The notes under the pieces are model-generated. The model was not told the DNA's origin and searched no databases. It was given only the letters and a program-made list of their open reading frames with translations. Both the position numbers and the translations under genes were made by a program. From NCBI GenBank assembly GCA_036676985.1, contig JAKFBU010000019.1, positions 1-64,000 of the forward strand: a stretch of DNA of 64,000 nt, in the 5' to 3' direction. Shown one piece after another: positions 37,089 to 46,915 of this stretch. How positions within the stretch are numbered: position 1 is the stretch's first letter; the number at the start of each line of letters is the position of its first letter. The stretch comes from Candidatus Sericytochromatia bacterium (GTDB taxonomy: Bacteria; Cyanobacteriota; Sericytochromatia; S15B-MN24; UBA4093).

Positions 37089-37451
37089 CTAGCGGCGGTC
37101 GATCGCCTCGAGCGCCTGATGGGCCGCCATCCAGGCAGCTCGCTCGCGGAGCCACTCCAGCTCGGCCTGGGAGTCGGCGAGCGCGATGGCCGTGGCGAGG
37201 GCATGCTCGATGATCTGACGCTTCATGGGACGGAAGTAGCGATCGTCCTCGGTGCCCCAGCTCAGGAAGACGACCTCGGCGACGCGGGCCGCCTCGCGGA
37301 CGGTGCGGGCCTCGAGCACGGCGCGCTGGAAGATGGTCTCGGCGGTGAAGGGATCGCGCCGCTCGCGCGCCCTGCGCGCCAGCTCCAGGTAGGCCTCCAG
37401 CCGGGTGGCCGGCATGCTCAGCCGCGTTGCGATCGCCCCAAACTCTTTCAT
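37089..37451 (-). CDS. hypothetical helical protein
   Basis: GGAGG RBS; ORF fills the gap between terminator and next gene. Confidence 0.65.
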   Translation of the reverse strand: MKEFGAIATRLSMPATRLEAYLELARRARERRDPFTAETIFQRAVLEARTVREAARVAEVVFLSWGTEDDRYFRPMKRQIIEHALATAIALADSQAELEWLRERAAWMAAHQALEAIDRR

Positions 37452-37570
37452 GTCCGCCTCCGTGTCGCGCCCGCCCGCGGGCCGGCTCCATGGAGAGGAG
37501 TATAAGCAACCAGGCCAAAAAGGCGGACTATGAAGAGGTTAAGCTTGCGAAAAGCTCCGGGGAAACCAGC

Positions 37571-38611
37571 CTAGTCGGCGGCGGCCCAGTCGCGGTCGGC
37601 GATCTTGCTCAGGCGCTTGACCAGGGGTGCCTCGCGCAGGATCACGCCCAGCTCGCGGTTGTTGTCCATGGAGTTGGTCGTGAGGTTCACCGAGCCCAGG
37701 TAGGCCTTTTCCCCGTCCACGACGATGAGCTTGGAGTGCACCATGGGCTTGTTCAGGAAGCGCACCTTCGTGACGCCCGCCTCCTGCAACTCCTTCAGCT
37801 CCCGCTCGTTGGTGCCGCCCCCGTCGAACTTGGCGAGCAGCACCCGCACGTCCACGCCGGCCTTGACCCGCGAGCCGAGCGCCCGCGAGATCTCGGGGTC
37901 GCCGAGCACCTCGACCTGGACCACGACCGAGCGCTGGGCCCGGCTGATCAGGTTCTTGAGGCGCATGCGCGAGTTGACGGGGCTCACCACCAGGTCCGGA
38001 TCCTCGGGCGCGAAGTCCTTGCCCGCCCAGTCGGCCTCGAACATGGCCTGGATCTCGGTCACGTCCGACGTGGAGCGGTTGATGAGGCCGTACTCGCGGT
38101 TGCTCTCGAAGGCCGAGCGCGAGAGGTTCGCGGTCATGACGATGGCCGTGTGGCCGTCGACCAGGATCGTCTTCTGGTGCAGGTACTTGAAGCGCGGCTT
38201 GATGTAGCGCACGTTCACGCCGGCGGCCTTGAGCTCGTCGAAGGCCCGGCGGTTGATCGGCAAGGGAAAGTTGGGGTTCGAGGGGTTGAAGGGCCCGGGC
38301 TCCAGGAGGATGCGCACCGCCACCCCGCGCGCCTCGGCGTCGGCGACCGCCGTGATGACCTCCGGCGACGAGAAGATGTACATGGAGATGTCCAGGGACT
38401 TCTCCGCCTCGGCGATCGCCTTGAGGACCGGGGTCTGACCGTCATCCGGCAAGACGAAGAGCTGGTAGTCGGACTTGGCGAGGGCGGAGAGCTGAGCCTC
38501 GGACGACGTCTGGGCGAGCGGGGCGAAGCCGCAGCCCGCGATGGACAGCGCCAGCAGGAAGGCCGAGAGGAGACGGATGGGCCCGCGTGCGGGAATGAGG
38601 CGCTTCAGCAT
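37571..38611 (-). CDS. phospholipase D family lipoprotein (two HKD motifs)
   Basis: HQKTILVD and HSKLIVVD..GSVN..NRE; lipobox SIAGC. Confidence 0.92.
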   Translation of the reverse strand: MLKRLIPARGPIRLLSAFLLALSIAGCGFAPLAQTSSEAQLSALAKSDYQLFVLPDDGQTPVLKAIAEAEKSLDISMYIFSSPEVITAVADAEARGVAVRILLEPGPFNPSNPNFPLPINRRAFDELKAAGVNVRYIKPRFKYLHQKTILVDGHTAIVMTANLSRSAFESNREYGLINRSTSDVTEIQAMFEADWAGKDFAPEDPDLVVSPVNSRMRLKNLISRAQRSVVVQVEVLGDPEISRALGSRVKAGVDVRVLLAKFDGGGTNERELKELQEAGVTKVRFLNKPMVHSKLIVVDGEKAYLGSVNLTTNSMDNNRELGVILREAPLVKRLSKIADRDWAAAD

Positions 38612-38697
38612 GCGACCTTCCTTCATCAGCAGCGAGCAAGCGTAACGGCTCCACGCTAACACCCCGTGAACGCCGGCCGCAAGGCTCATGGCCAAAG

Positions 38698-38727
38698 CTT
38701 AGAAGGACTTTAACCCGACCTTAGAGG
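38698..38727. promoter_or_regulatory. 11-bp-phased Pho-box-like direct repeats
   Basis: CTTAGAA / TTTAACC / CTTAGAG with TTA at 38699, 38710, 38721. Confidence 0.55.
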
Positions 38728-38777
38728 CTAGGGGTGGGAGGGCGAGGGCCGGTATGCTTTGCATAGTCGTATGTCAT

Positions 38778-38806
38778 TTGACATTACCTGACTAAAGGGA
38801 TAGGCT
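38778..38806 (+). promoter_or_regulatory. sigma70-type promoter
   Basis: TTGACA-N17-TAGGCT. Confidence 0.6.
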
Positions 38807-38849
38807 TAGAACGTTTCCAAATCCGCTCACCGCCTAGAAGGAGCGCTTT

Positions 38850-39248
38850 ATGTACCCCTTCGATCGCGACGTCGTGGTCCGCGACGGGCAAGGTCAGTCC
38901 CACACGTTCAAGCTGCTCGACCTCATCGACGAACGCTACCTGGTCCTCATCGACAAGGAGCATGAAGCGGCGCTCACGAAGCTCGCGATCGCGCCGCAGC
39001 TCAGCGACGACGAGGTGAACCTGCTCACGGAAGAAGCCTTCGTCATCGACGGCAAGGCCGGGCTCATCATGGTGGACACCAAGGCCGCCCCCATCGTGCA
39101 ACGCTCTCATCACTACGCCCTGCGCGTCGCCGGTGCGCGGTGGGTGGACGAGTTGCCCCCGCTCGAAGCCGGCTGGCTGGACGAGTCCGACCTGGCCCTC
39201 GCCTTCGAGCTGGAAGTGGCCAAGCGCCGCCGTCGACAGCACGACTGA
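38850..39248 (+). CDS. hypothetical protein
   Basis: AAGGAG RBS, promoter upstream, host codon bias. Confidence 0.75.
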   Translation: MYPFDRDVVVRDGQGQSHTFKLLDLIDERYLVLIDKEHEAALTKLAIAPQLSDDEVNLLTEEAFVIDGKAGLIMVDTKAAPIVQRSHHYALRVAGARWVDELPPLEAGWLDESDLALAFELEVAKRRRRQHD

Positions 39249-39347
39249 AGCCGCGCCAACGCGTGCCCCCGGAGCCTCCGGGGGCACGTTCGTCATGCTA
39301 TAATCCCCTCGGGACGTCGTTTTAGCTTCCGGAGGTCGGTACACTCC

Positions 39348-39941
39348 TTGGCCAAGCAGCTCAACAAGCCAGCCGCACCCAAAAAACGGCGCACCGGCCG
39401 GACCGCCACGTACTGGGTGGTCTTCGCCTTCTGCGCGATCGCCTCGTTCGCCGGCGGGTTCTGGTTCACCTACCGGGGCACCCAGGTCTCCATCAAGGAG
39501 CCCCCCATCGCGCCCTCGAGCTTCCCGGCCGCCGTCGCGACCCCCGTGATCGAGCCCACCGAGGCCCCCGTCGACATGGCCACCCCGGCCCCGATCGACC
39601 CCTTCGCGGCGGCCCCGGCGCCCCAGAGCACTCCCGGCACGACGGCCTCCTCCGATCCCTGGGCGTCCGAGGTGCCCGCGGACGACGCCCCCATGGCCCA
39701 GGCGACGCCCGCCTCCGACGAGGGCAAGGTCTTCCGCGTGCAGGTGGGCAGCTACGACTCCCAGACCGCGGCCCAGTCCATGGTCGACGAGCTGTCGGCC
39801 GCGGGCATCAACGCCGCCGTGGTCCAGGGCACGGACGGCCAGTACCACGCCCAGATCGGGGCCTACTCCAAGCGCGATCGCGCCCTGTCGGTGGCCGACG
39901 AGGTCAACGCCAAGGGTTACTCGGTGACCATCCGCCAGTAA
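39348..39941 (+). CDS. SPOR-domain membrane-anchored protein
   Basis: N-terminal TM, Pro/Ala linker, FRVQVGSY..YHAQIGAY SPOR domain. Confidence 0.88.
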   Translation: MAKQLNKPAAPKKRRTGRTATYWVVFAFCAIASFAGGFWFTYRGTQVSIKEPPIAPSSFPAAVATPVIEPTEAPVDMATPAPIDPFAAAPAPQSTPGTTASSDPWASEVPADDAPMAQATPASDEGKVFRVQVGSYDSQTAAQSMVDELSAAGINAAVVQGTDGQYHAQIGAYSKRDRALSVADEVNAKGYSVTIRQ

Positions 39942-40036
39942 CGTGATCCATGCCGCATGTCCCTCGTGACGCACGACCAGGCAACCGAGCCCTGGACGCG
40001 CTATCCTGAAGGGGTTCGGGTGGCGGAGGTTTTTCC

Positions 40037-40243
40037 ATGCAATCGTTGGTAACCCTGTTGGTGGTCGGCATCGCCCTGTTCGCGCTGGGCTGCCTGTCGC
40101 TCGGCCTGCTGGTCGTGTTCACGGTCTGGGCCGGCCGGCAGATCGGCGGGGCGTTCGTCCGCCTGGCCACCAAGGCCGGTCAGCAAGCTCGTACGTGCTA
40201 CAATGAGCCTTTACAGAGCCTTCCACAAAACCAGGCCTCTTGA
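40037..40243 (+). CDS. small membrane protein
   Basis: GGAGG RBS, long hydrophobic N-terminus. Confidence 0.55.
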   Translation: MQSLVTLLVVGIALFALGCLSLGLLVVFTVWAGRQIGGAFVRLATKAGQQARTCYNEPLQSLPQNQAS

Positions 40244-40322
40244 GCCACTGGCCGTCTCGGCGGCTTGAAGGATCCGTTTTGTGCCGTGCTCTGACGCCCA
40301 TTGTCGAGGTACGAGGAACAGC

Positions 40323-41831
40323 ATGACACAAGCCACCCAAACCGACGTCATGGAGAAGATCGTTTCCCTGAGCAAGCGCCGCGGGTTCATCTTCCAGAGC
40401 TCCGAGATCTATGGCGGTCTCGGCAGCACGTGGGACTACGGCCCCATCGGCGTCCTGTTGAAGAACAACGTCAAGCAGGCCTGGTGGCGTGCCGTCGTGC
40501 AGGAGCGCCCCGACGTGGTCGGCCTCGACGCCGCCATCCTGATGCACCCGGAGGCCTGGAAGGCCTCGGGCCACCTGGAGACCTTCCACGATCCCCTGGT
40601 CGACTGCAAGCAGTGCAAGCAGCGCTTCCGCGCCGACCACCTAATCGAGGCCGTCGCCAAGACCCACCAGTCGGGCGAGAAGACCTCCAAGCTCGTCAAG
40701 AAGGGCGCCGAGGGCTTCGCCGCCGAGCTCACCACCTACCTGTCCGAGCATGCCATCGAGGAGATGCTCAAGGACAAGGAAAAGGTGCAGTGGGCGCTCG
40801 GCAACATGCTCTGCCCCAACTGCGGGTCCAACGAGCTGACCGAGCCGCGCAACTTCAACCTCATGTTCAAGACGTTCATGGGCCCGGTCGAGGACTCGGC
40901 CGCGGTGATCTACCTGCGTCCCGAGACGGCGCAGGGCATCTTCGTGAACTTCAAGAACGTCCAGACGGCCATGCGCAAGAAGCCGCCCTTCGGCATCGCG
41001 CAGATCGGCAAGAGCTTCCGCAACGAGATCACGCCCGGCAACTTCACCTTCCGGACGCGCGAGTTCGAGCAGATGGAAATCGAGTACTTCTGCCCGCCCA
41101 ACGAGTCCGAGAAGTGGTTCGACGAGTGGGTCGCCGCCCGCTGGAAGTGGTACACGGACCTCGGCATGAAGGCCGAGAACCTCCGCAAGCGCGGCCAGGG
41201 CGCCGACGAGCTCGCCCACTACTCCAAGGGCTGCTTCGACATCGAGTACCGCTTCCCGTTCGGCTGGTCGGAGCTCGAGGGCATCGCCAACCGCACGGAC
41301 TACGACCTCAAGCGTCACGAGGAGTTCTCGGGCAAGGACCTGAAGTACTTCGACGAGGAGACGCGCGAGTCGTACGTGCCCTACGTCATCGAGCCCTCGG
41401 CGGGCGCGGACCGCGCCACGCTGGCCTTTTTGGTCGACGCCTACGACGAGGAGACGGACGAGAAGGGCGAGACCCGCGTGGTCCTGCGCTTCCACCCGTC
41501 CCTGGCCCCCGTCAAGGTGGCGGTGCTGCCGCTCTCCAAGAAGCCCGAGCTCAAGGGCCCGTCGCAGGCCATCTTCGCGGCCCTGCGCGAGCGCTGGTTC
41601 GTCGAGTACGACGAGACGGGCTCCATCGGCAAGCGCTATCGCCGCCAGGACGAGATCGGCACGCCCTACTGCGTGACGATCGACTTCGACAGCCTCGAGG
41701 ACAAGGCCGTCACGGTGCGCGAGCGCGACTCCATGACCCAGGTGCGCCTCAAGATCGAGGAGCTGATCCCGTACCTCGAGAGCCGCCTCAACCCGGCCAA
41801 GCAGGGCCTGGAAGCCGCCGTCTTCGGGTAG
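40323..41831 (+). CDS. glyQS: glycine--tRNA ligase, homodimeric (alpha2) type
   Basis: [47 protein letters not shown]. Confidence 0.96.
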   Translation: MTQATQTDVMEKIVSLSKRRGFIFQSSEIYGGLGSTWDYGPIGVLLKNNVKQAWWRAVVQERPDVVGLDAAILMHPEAWKASGHLETFHDPLVDCKQCKQRFRADHLIEAVAKTHQSGEKTSKLVKKGAEGFAAELTTYLSEHAIEEMLKDKEKVQWALGNMLCPNCGSNELTEPRNFNLMFKTFMGPVEDSAAVIYLRPETAQGIFVNFKNVQTAMRKKPPFGIAQIGKSFRNEITPGNFTFRTREFEQMEIEYFCPPNESEKWFDEWVAARWKWYTDLGMKAENLRKRGQGADELAHYSKGCFDIEYRFPFGWSELEGIANRTDYDLKRHEEFSGKDLKYFDEETRESYVPYVIEPSAGADRATLAFLVDAYDEETDEKGETRVVLRFHPSLAPVKVAVLPLSKKPELKGPSQAIFAALRERWFVEYDETGSIGKRYRRQDEIGTPYCVTIDFDSLEDKAVTVRERDSMTQVRLKIEELIPYLESRLNPAKQGLEAAVFG

Positions 41832-41851
41832 GCTTAGCGTACTCTCATCCG

Positions 41852-41887
41852 AAAAAGCCCGGTCGCCGCGGTGACCGGGCTTTTTCC
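41852..41887 (+). terminator. intrinsic terminator
   Basis: aaaaagcccggtcgc-cgcg-gtgaccgggc-ttttt. Confidence 0.75.
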
Positions 41888-41907
41888 ATGCGAGCGAGCG
41901 TGCTAGG

Positions 41908-42537
41908 ATGAGCCCCATGATGCGTTTATGGATTTCCGTCGCCGTCATACTGGCAACGCTCGCCGTACCCGCCGCCGCCCAACCCACCGAGAGCCGGGTG
42001 CGCCTCATGGCGCAGCCGAGCTACTGGTCCAATGACCTCGTCACCCTGCCCGTGCTCGGGCTGGAGGCGGAGGTCGGCGTGCCCGACACGGCCTGGACCG
42101 TCGGTGGGGTCTACACGCGCTACTTCTCGCGCTACAAGGTAGGCGACGACGTCGTCACGCTATGGGACGATCCCCCGAGCATCAAGACGCTCTTCGGACG
42201 CTACTCCAGCTCGTCGAGCCTGTCCTGGCTGGTCGGCCTCGGAGCCTTCCGGCGGGAGAGCGTCACGGCGCCCACCTGGCAGTGGAACGGCGCGGGCCTG
42301 GTCCTGGGCGTCTCGTATCGGCCGAGCTGGGGGCCGCTCTGGCTCCAGATCGCGCCCAACGTGGTCGTCTCGGACTTCATGTGGTCGAGCTACGGCACGA
42401 GCACCCAGCGCTTCTGGAGCCTCACGGGCATGTGGTCCGGGCTCTCCTGGCTGGAAGTCGGCGTGCGGCCGTTGCCGAACGTCGACCTGGCCTTCGATCC
42501 CCTGACGCGCACCCTGCGCACGTCCTGGATCTTCTGA
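41908..42537 (+). CDS. putative exported/outer-membrane beta-barrel protein
   Basis: signal peptide, aromatic-rich alternating strands, C-terminal Phe. Confidence 0.6.
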   Translation: MSPMMRLWISVAVILATLAVPAAAQPTESRVRLMAQPSYWSNDLVTLPVLGLEAEVGVPDTAWTVGGVYTRYFSRYKVGDDVVTLWDDPPSIKTLFGRYSSSSSLSWLVGLGAFRRESVTAPTWQWNGAGLVLGVSYRPSWGPLWLQIAPNVVVSDFMWSSYGTSTQRFWSLTGMWSGLSWLEVGVRPLPNVDLAFDPLTRTLRTSWIF

Positions 42538-42596
42538 TCCGCCTGGCAGGGCCCTTCGGACCCGGGTTATACTGGTTCCCGGGAAAGGAAGGTGCC

Positions 42597-43268
42597 ATGC
42601 GGCTTCAGGCGGTTCTCTTCGACATGGACGGCGTGGTCATCGACACCATGCCGCTGCACCGTCAGATCTGGCTGGAGTTCGCCCGCATGCACGGGCTCGA
42701 CCCCACGGCGGCCGAGGTCCGCGCCATGGACGGACGGCGGGCGGTCGACGTCGTGCGCCGGCTCTTCGGGGCGAGCCTCACGGAAGAGCGGGTTGCCGAG
42801 CTTGCCATCGAGCGCGAGGAGATCTTTCACCAGCGCCTGAAGACCGATTCGCTTGCGGCCGTGACCGGCGTCGAGGCCTTTCTCGCGGCGCTCGGGGCCG
42901 CCGGCATCCCCCGCGTGCTCGCGACGAGCGCCACCCGCGACAACGTCGAGCTCGTGCTGGGCCGGCTGGGGCTAGGATCGTCGTTCGAGGCCATCGTGTC
43001 CGCCGAGGATGTCCGCCACGGCAAGCCGCACCCCGAGGTCTACCTGACAGCCGCCGAACGCGCCGCAGCGCCACCCGAGCACTGCCTGGTGGTGGAAGAC
43101 GCCCTGCCCGGCGTGGAGGCGGCCAAGGCCTCGGGAGCCTACTGCCTGGGTCTTGCGACCAGCCAAGCGGACGAGGTCCTCCTGGCGGCCGGCGCGGACT
43201 GGGTGGCACCCCACTTCGCGGCGCTGCCGGAGCCCTTGCGGTCACTCATCAAGGGAGAGCATCAGTAG
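42597..43268 (+). CDS. HAD-superfamily phosphatase (beta-PGM/CbbY-like)
   Basis: FDMDGVVIDT, GKPHPEVY, VVED motifs. Confidence 0.92.
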   Translation: MRLQAVLFDMDGVVIDTMPLHRQIWLEFARMHGLDPTAAEVRAMDGRRAVDVVRRLFGASLTEERVAELAIEREEIFHQRLKTDSLAAVTGVEAFLAALGAAGIPRVLATSATRDNVELVLGRLGLGSSFEAIVSAEDVRHGKPHPEVYLTAAERAAAPPEHCLVVEDALPGVEAAKASGAYCLGLATSQADEVLLAAGADWVAPHFAALPEPLRSLIKGEHQ

Positions 43269-43296
43269 GCCTCAAGGAGCTGTAAGAGCCTTCCGT

Positions 43297-43595
43297 GAGA
43301 CCCACAATAATCCGTTTGTCTTGAGCCTGGTCGAAAGGCAAACGGTTCCCTATAACTCGGCGGCGGCCACGACTGGTCACGACCTAAAGAGGCTGACCTC
43401 GTGCCCTACTGCCTCTCACGGGAACGATTTGCCAATAAGGAACCGTTCGCCTTTCGACCGGGCTCAAGACGAACGGGATTTGTTGAGGGGGGCTGCCTGC
43501 ATCCATGCGGCCCGAGTCCTCATGCACGAATGAAGCCATTCGCCTTTCGACCGGGCTCAAGCCTGTCCTGAGCTTGTCGAAGGGACGAACGGGTT
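43297..43595. repeat. REP-like elements, family A (three copies)
   Basis: ccgtttgtcttgagcctggtcgaaaggcaaacgg; ccgttcgcctttcgaccgggctcaagacgaacgg; ..gcctgtcctgagcttgtcgaagg.. Confidence 0.8.
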
Positions 43596-43640
43596 TGAAG
43601 TGGGGTAAGGGTGAGGCGATTCCCGCTTTAGGGACGGGCT

Positions 43641-45611
43641 CTAGCCCACCTTCTTGGGGATGCGGCCCACCTGGTTGCGGCCGTTCTGCTTGGCCTCGTA
43701 CAGCGCTTCGTCGGCCGTGTGGATCAGGCCCTCGACCGTACCCGCATGGTCCGGATAGGTCGAGACGCCGAGGCTCGACGTGATGACCTTGTGCGGCAGC
43801 TTCTCCTGGTCCGTGAAGGGATACTCCTCCACCCAGGCGCGGATCTTCTCGGCCACGAACAGCGCCGAGTCATGGCCCGTCTCGGGCAGGATGATGGCGA
43901 ACTCCTCGCCGCCGTAGCGCGCGATGATGTCCACCTTGCGGACCTTCTCCTTCAGGAGGGCCGCCAACTGCTTCAGGACCGTGTCACCGCCCAGGTGACC
44001 CAGGACGTCGTTCGCCTTCTTGAAGTAGTCGATGTCCATGATGATGAGGCTGACCGGGTGGCTGTAGCGCAGCGATCGCTGCAGCTCCGTGTCCAGCCGA
44101 TCGTTGAAGTAGCGGCGGTTGAAGACCCCCGTCAGGCCGTCCGTGATGGCCTGCTGCTCCACCTTCTCGACCATCAGGGCGTTGGCGATCGTCAGGGCCG
44201 TGTGGCCCACGAGCGTCTCGACGAGCTCCAGCGCCGTGGGATCCAGCTCGCCCGGCAGCGACAGCACCACGAGGCCCATGGACTCCTGCTGGGTCGACAG
44301 CGGCAGGAGCACCACGCGACTGGCACCCTGATACGGCGTCCCCGCGAGCTCCCTGGCATCGAGCACCAGGCTCTTGGCGTGCGGATGGGCGCTCAGGGCC
44401 TCGCGCCACGCGATGGGCGGCTCCTCGAGGCCGCGGCGATCGCCCGCGACGCACTGCCACCCCTCGCCCTTGCGCAAATAGACCGCGCGATGATCCGAGA
44501 GCACGAACTTGGGCAGCTGAGCGAGCAGCGTCTCGCACGTCGTGGCCGCGTTGAGGTGCTGCCCGATGGCGCTCATGGCCTCGTTGAGGTACTTGAGCTG
44601 CTCGACCATGCGGTCCGCGCGCTGCTTCTCCTCGACGGTCTGGCCGTAGAGCTTGCCCGTGATGAAGGCGCCGGTGGCCTGCTGGGCGAGGTCCACCAGG
44701 AGCTCCTGCTCGCTCTCCGAGAAGGCGTGCGGCTCCTTGGTGCCCACCAGGAAGATGCCCAGGATCTCGCGCTGGGTGACCAGCGGCGTGGCCATGGCCG
44801 AGGCGAGGGCGTGCTCGCGGATGGCCTCGGGACACCCGTCCGGGTTCGCGAGCAGGTCGAGCATGGTCGGCTTGCCCGTCTCCATCACCTGGCGCAGGAA
44901 GCCCGACTGCCCGAGCGTCATGACCTTGGCGGACTCCCGGTTGTTGGCCTCCTGCAGCATCTTGAGGAGGCTCATGCCCTTGGTCTTGAAGACCGCGAGA
45001 TCCTCGATGACCTTGAGGGAGTCGCCGTTCAGGTGGTAGAGGCCCGCGTACTGCGCGCCCAGGGCCTGGGTGGCGATGGAGCAGATGGAGGCCGAGAGCT
45101 CCTTGAGGTCGTAGGAGTTGTTGATCTGGTAGGAGACCTGCTGGATGGCCCGGAGCTTGCGGCCCACCTGGCCGAGCAGCTGCTCCTGGTCACCCACGGC
45201 GACCGAGAAGAGGCCGTTGGAGAGCGCGAGCGACACCACGCCGAGCAGCGGCTTGAGGGGCTGCACGTCCAGGCTCTCGGGCACGAGCAGCACGGCCTGC
45301 TGGGGGCCCCGCACGCCGAGCCCGATGGACAGGTAGCGGCGGCTGCCGCAGACCACGGGCGCCACCCCCCCCGCCGGGGCCAACAGGCGCACGCCGAGTT
45401 CGGCGGCCATGGCCTCGTCGTGCGGGTACACGCGCCAGGGCTGGGTGCTCTGGGGGCGGACGGCGAAGACGGTGGTGGGCAGTCCGAAGAAGGTCGCGAG
45501 GAAGGCCGAAAGTTCCTGGCAGAGCTCGGGCAGGCCCAGGCCGCGCATGGCGATCTCGCCTAGCGCTTCGAACCGTTCGGTTTCGGCTGGGATGTGACGC
45601 TCGGACAGCAC
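43641..45611 (-). CDS. GAF-domain diguanylate cyclase
   Basis: GAF domains, DGLTGVFNRR, RKVD I-site, RYGGEEF. Confidence 0.93.
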   Translation of the reverse strand: MLSERHIPAETERFEALGEIAMRGLGLPELCQELSAFLATFFGLPTTVFAVRPQSTQPWRVYPHDEAMAAELGVRLLAPAGGVAPVVCGSRRYLSIGLGVRGPQQAVLLVPESLDVQPLKPLLGVVSLALSNGLFSVAVGDQEQLLGQVGRKLRAIQQVSYQINNSYDLKELSASICSIATQALGAQYAGLYHLNGDSLKVIEDLAVFKTKGMSLLKMLQEANNRESAKVMTLGQSGFLRQVMETGKPTMLDLLANPDGCPEAIREHALASAMATPLVTQREILGIFLVGTKEPHAFSESEQELLVDLAQQATGAFITGKLYGQTVEEKQRADRMVEQLKYLNEAMSAIGQHLNAATTCETLLAQLPKFVLSDHRAVYLRKGEGWQCVAGDRRGLEEPPIAWREALSAHPHAKSLVLDARELAGTPYQGASRVVLLPLSTQQESMGLVVLSLPGELDPTALELVETLVGHTALTIANALMVEKVEQQAITDGLTGVFNRRYFNDRLDTELQRSLRYSHPVSLIIMDIDYFKKANDVLGHLGGDTVLKQLAALLKEKVRKVDIIARYGGEEFAIILPETGHDSALFVAEKIRAWVEEYPFTDQEKLPHKVITSSLGVSTYPDHAGTVEGLIHTADEALYEAKQNGRNQVGRIPKKVG

Positions 45612-45626
45612 CCCGGGGACCCTCCC

Positions 45627-46208
45627 TTACTTGTTGAAGGACTCCATGACCAGCTGGCTCACGGCCCTCAGGGTCTCACTGACGCCCTGTCCGTCGCTCG
45701 CGACCGCTGCGAAGCTCGGGACGTGATACTGATTGAGCTCCGCCTCCAGGGCCGCAACCGGCAAGGCGCCTGCCACATCCCGCTTATTGTACTGGATGAC
45801 CCAGGGAATCGTCTGCAACGACAGTTCATACTCCGAGAGGTTGGTCTTGAGGTCCAGGAGACTCTCGGTGTTGGCGAGCCAGCGCGTGGGGCTCGAGTCG
45901 GCGACGAACACGATGCCGTCCACCCCGCTCAGGATGGCCTTGCGCGAGTTGACGTACTGGACCTGGCCCGGGACGGTGTAGAGCGAGAACTTCACCTTGA
46001 AGCCCTCGATCTCGCCCAGATCGAGCGGCATCATGTCGAAGAAGATGGTTCGCTCGGTCTCCGTCGCCAACGTGAGCAGATCGCCCTTCATGTCCTCGGA
46101 CATCGTGCGGTGCAAGGTCACGAGGTTCGTGGTCTTGCCGCACAGGCCGGGGCCGTAATAGACGATCTTGCAGAGGATTTCCCGCTTGCCGAAGTTGATG
46201 GTGGGCAT
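45627..46208 (-). CDS. mglA: MglA-family small GTPase
   Basis: KIVYYGPGLCGKTTNL, TERTIFFD, YTVPGQ, QYNKRD. Confidence 0.93.
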   Translation of the reverse strand: MPTINFGKREILCKIVYYGPGLCGKTTNLVTLHRTMSEDMKGDLLTLATETERTIFFDMMPLDLGEIEGFKVKFSLYTVPGQVQYVNSRKAILSGVDGIVFVADSSPTRWLANTESLLDLKTNLSEYELSLQTIPWVIQYNKRDVAGALPVAALEAELNQYHVPSFAAVASDGQGVSETLRAVSQLVMESFNK

Positions 46209-46216
46209 GGCTCGTG

Positions 46217-46699
46217 TTACAGACGTCCCAGGAAGAGGGAGATGGTGTCCTTGCTGAAGGAGAAGGGCTTGTTCTTGGTGGACTCGCGCGCGGCGATGAG
46301 CAGGGGCGTCACCGTCCGCACCACCTCGTCCAGCGGCTCCTCGTAGCTGCTGGGCTGGGTGCCCGGCGGCAGCATGAGCGCCAGCACGTCCTTGCTCTCC
46401 AGCAAGACGAGCACCATGGTGTTGCGGTTCCCGTGGTGCTGCAGGGTGCGCACCTCGGGCTCGCCCATCAGGGACGTCAGCGCCGAGATGCTCTTGAAGA
46501 TGCCAGCGATCAGGCTCGAGATCGACAGGTCGTTGATGGTCCCCTCGCCATAGGTCGACAGCAAGAGACCGCTGCGCTCGATGAGGAGCACGGCGGAGGC
46601 ATCGAGCTTCTCCTTGAGTCGCTGGAGCAGGGTATCCAGCTCCTTCTGTTGCTCTTCCGTGATGACGAGCTGCGTCAGCACCGATTTCGAATCGTCCAC
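46217..46699 (-). CDS. mglB: MglB-like roadblock/LC7 protein (GAP)
   Basis: AVLLIERSGLLL..SISSLIAG roadblock pattern; directly upstream of mglA. Confidence 0.85.
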   Translation of the reverse strand: MDDSKSVLTQLVITEEQQKELDTLLQRLKEKLDASAVLLIERSGLLLSTYGEGTINDLSISSLIAGIFKSISALTSLMGEPEVRTLQHHGNRNTMVLVLLESKDVLALMLPPGTQPSSYEEPLDEVVRTVTPLLIAARESTKNKPFSFSKDTISLFLGRL

Positions 46700-46739
46700 G
46701 TCGCGTCCTCATGAAAGCGGGGCACCGTCCGCAGCCATC

Positions 46740-46765
46740 ATACCCTACCCGACAAGCGAGCAAAC
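46740..46765 (-). promoter_or_regulatory. SigB/SigF-type promoter of mglB-mglA-DGC
   Basis: GTTTGC-N14-GGGTAT. Confidence 0.6.
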
Positions 46766-46915
46766 CGGGCAAGACCGGGCGCTTCCGGCCCTGCGCGGCG
46801 CCGTGCCGACTCGATCCGGGCGAACCTCGCCGGATAGGCCTCCGATAGGGGAGGGCGCGGCTCTATCGACGCCGTCGCGGTGCTATAATGGAGGCCTGAG
46901 AGCAAGCGATCGCTG

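Noticed and set aside
37571-38611. PLD gene as an anti-phage nuclease
   Set aside because: It has a lipoprotein signal and two HKD motifs with no helicase or defence neighbours; an exported phospholipase is more likely.
40240-40322. T-box or tRNA-Gly mimic before glyQS
   Set aside because: Leader too short, no T-box consensus, and GCC triplets are uninformative at this GC content.
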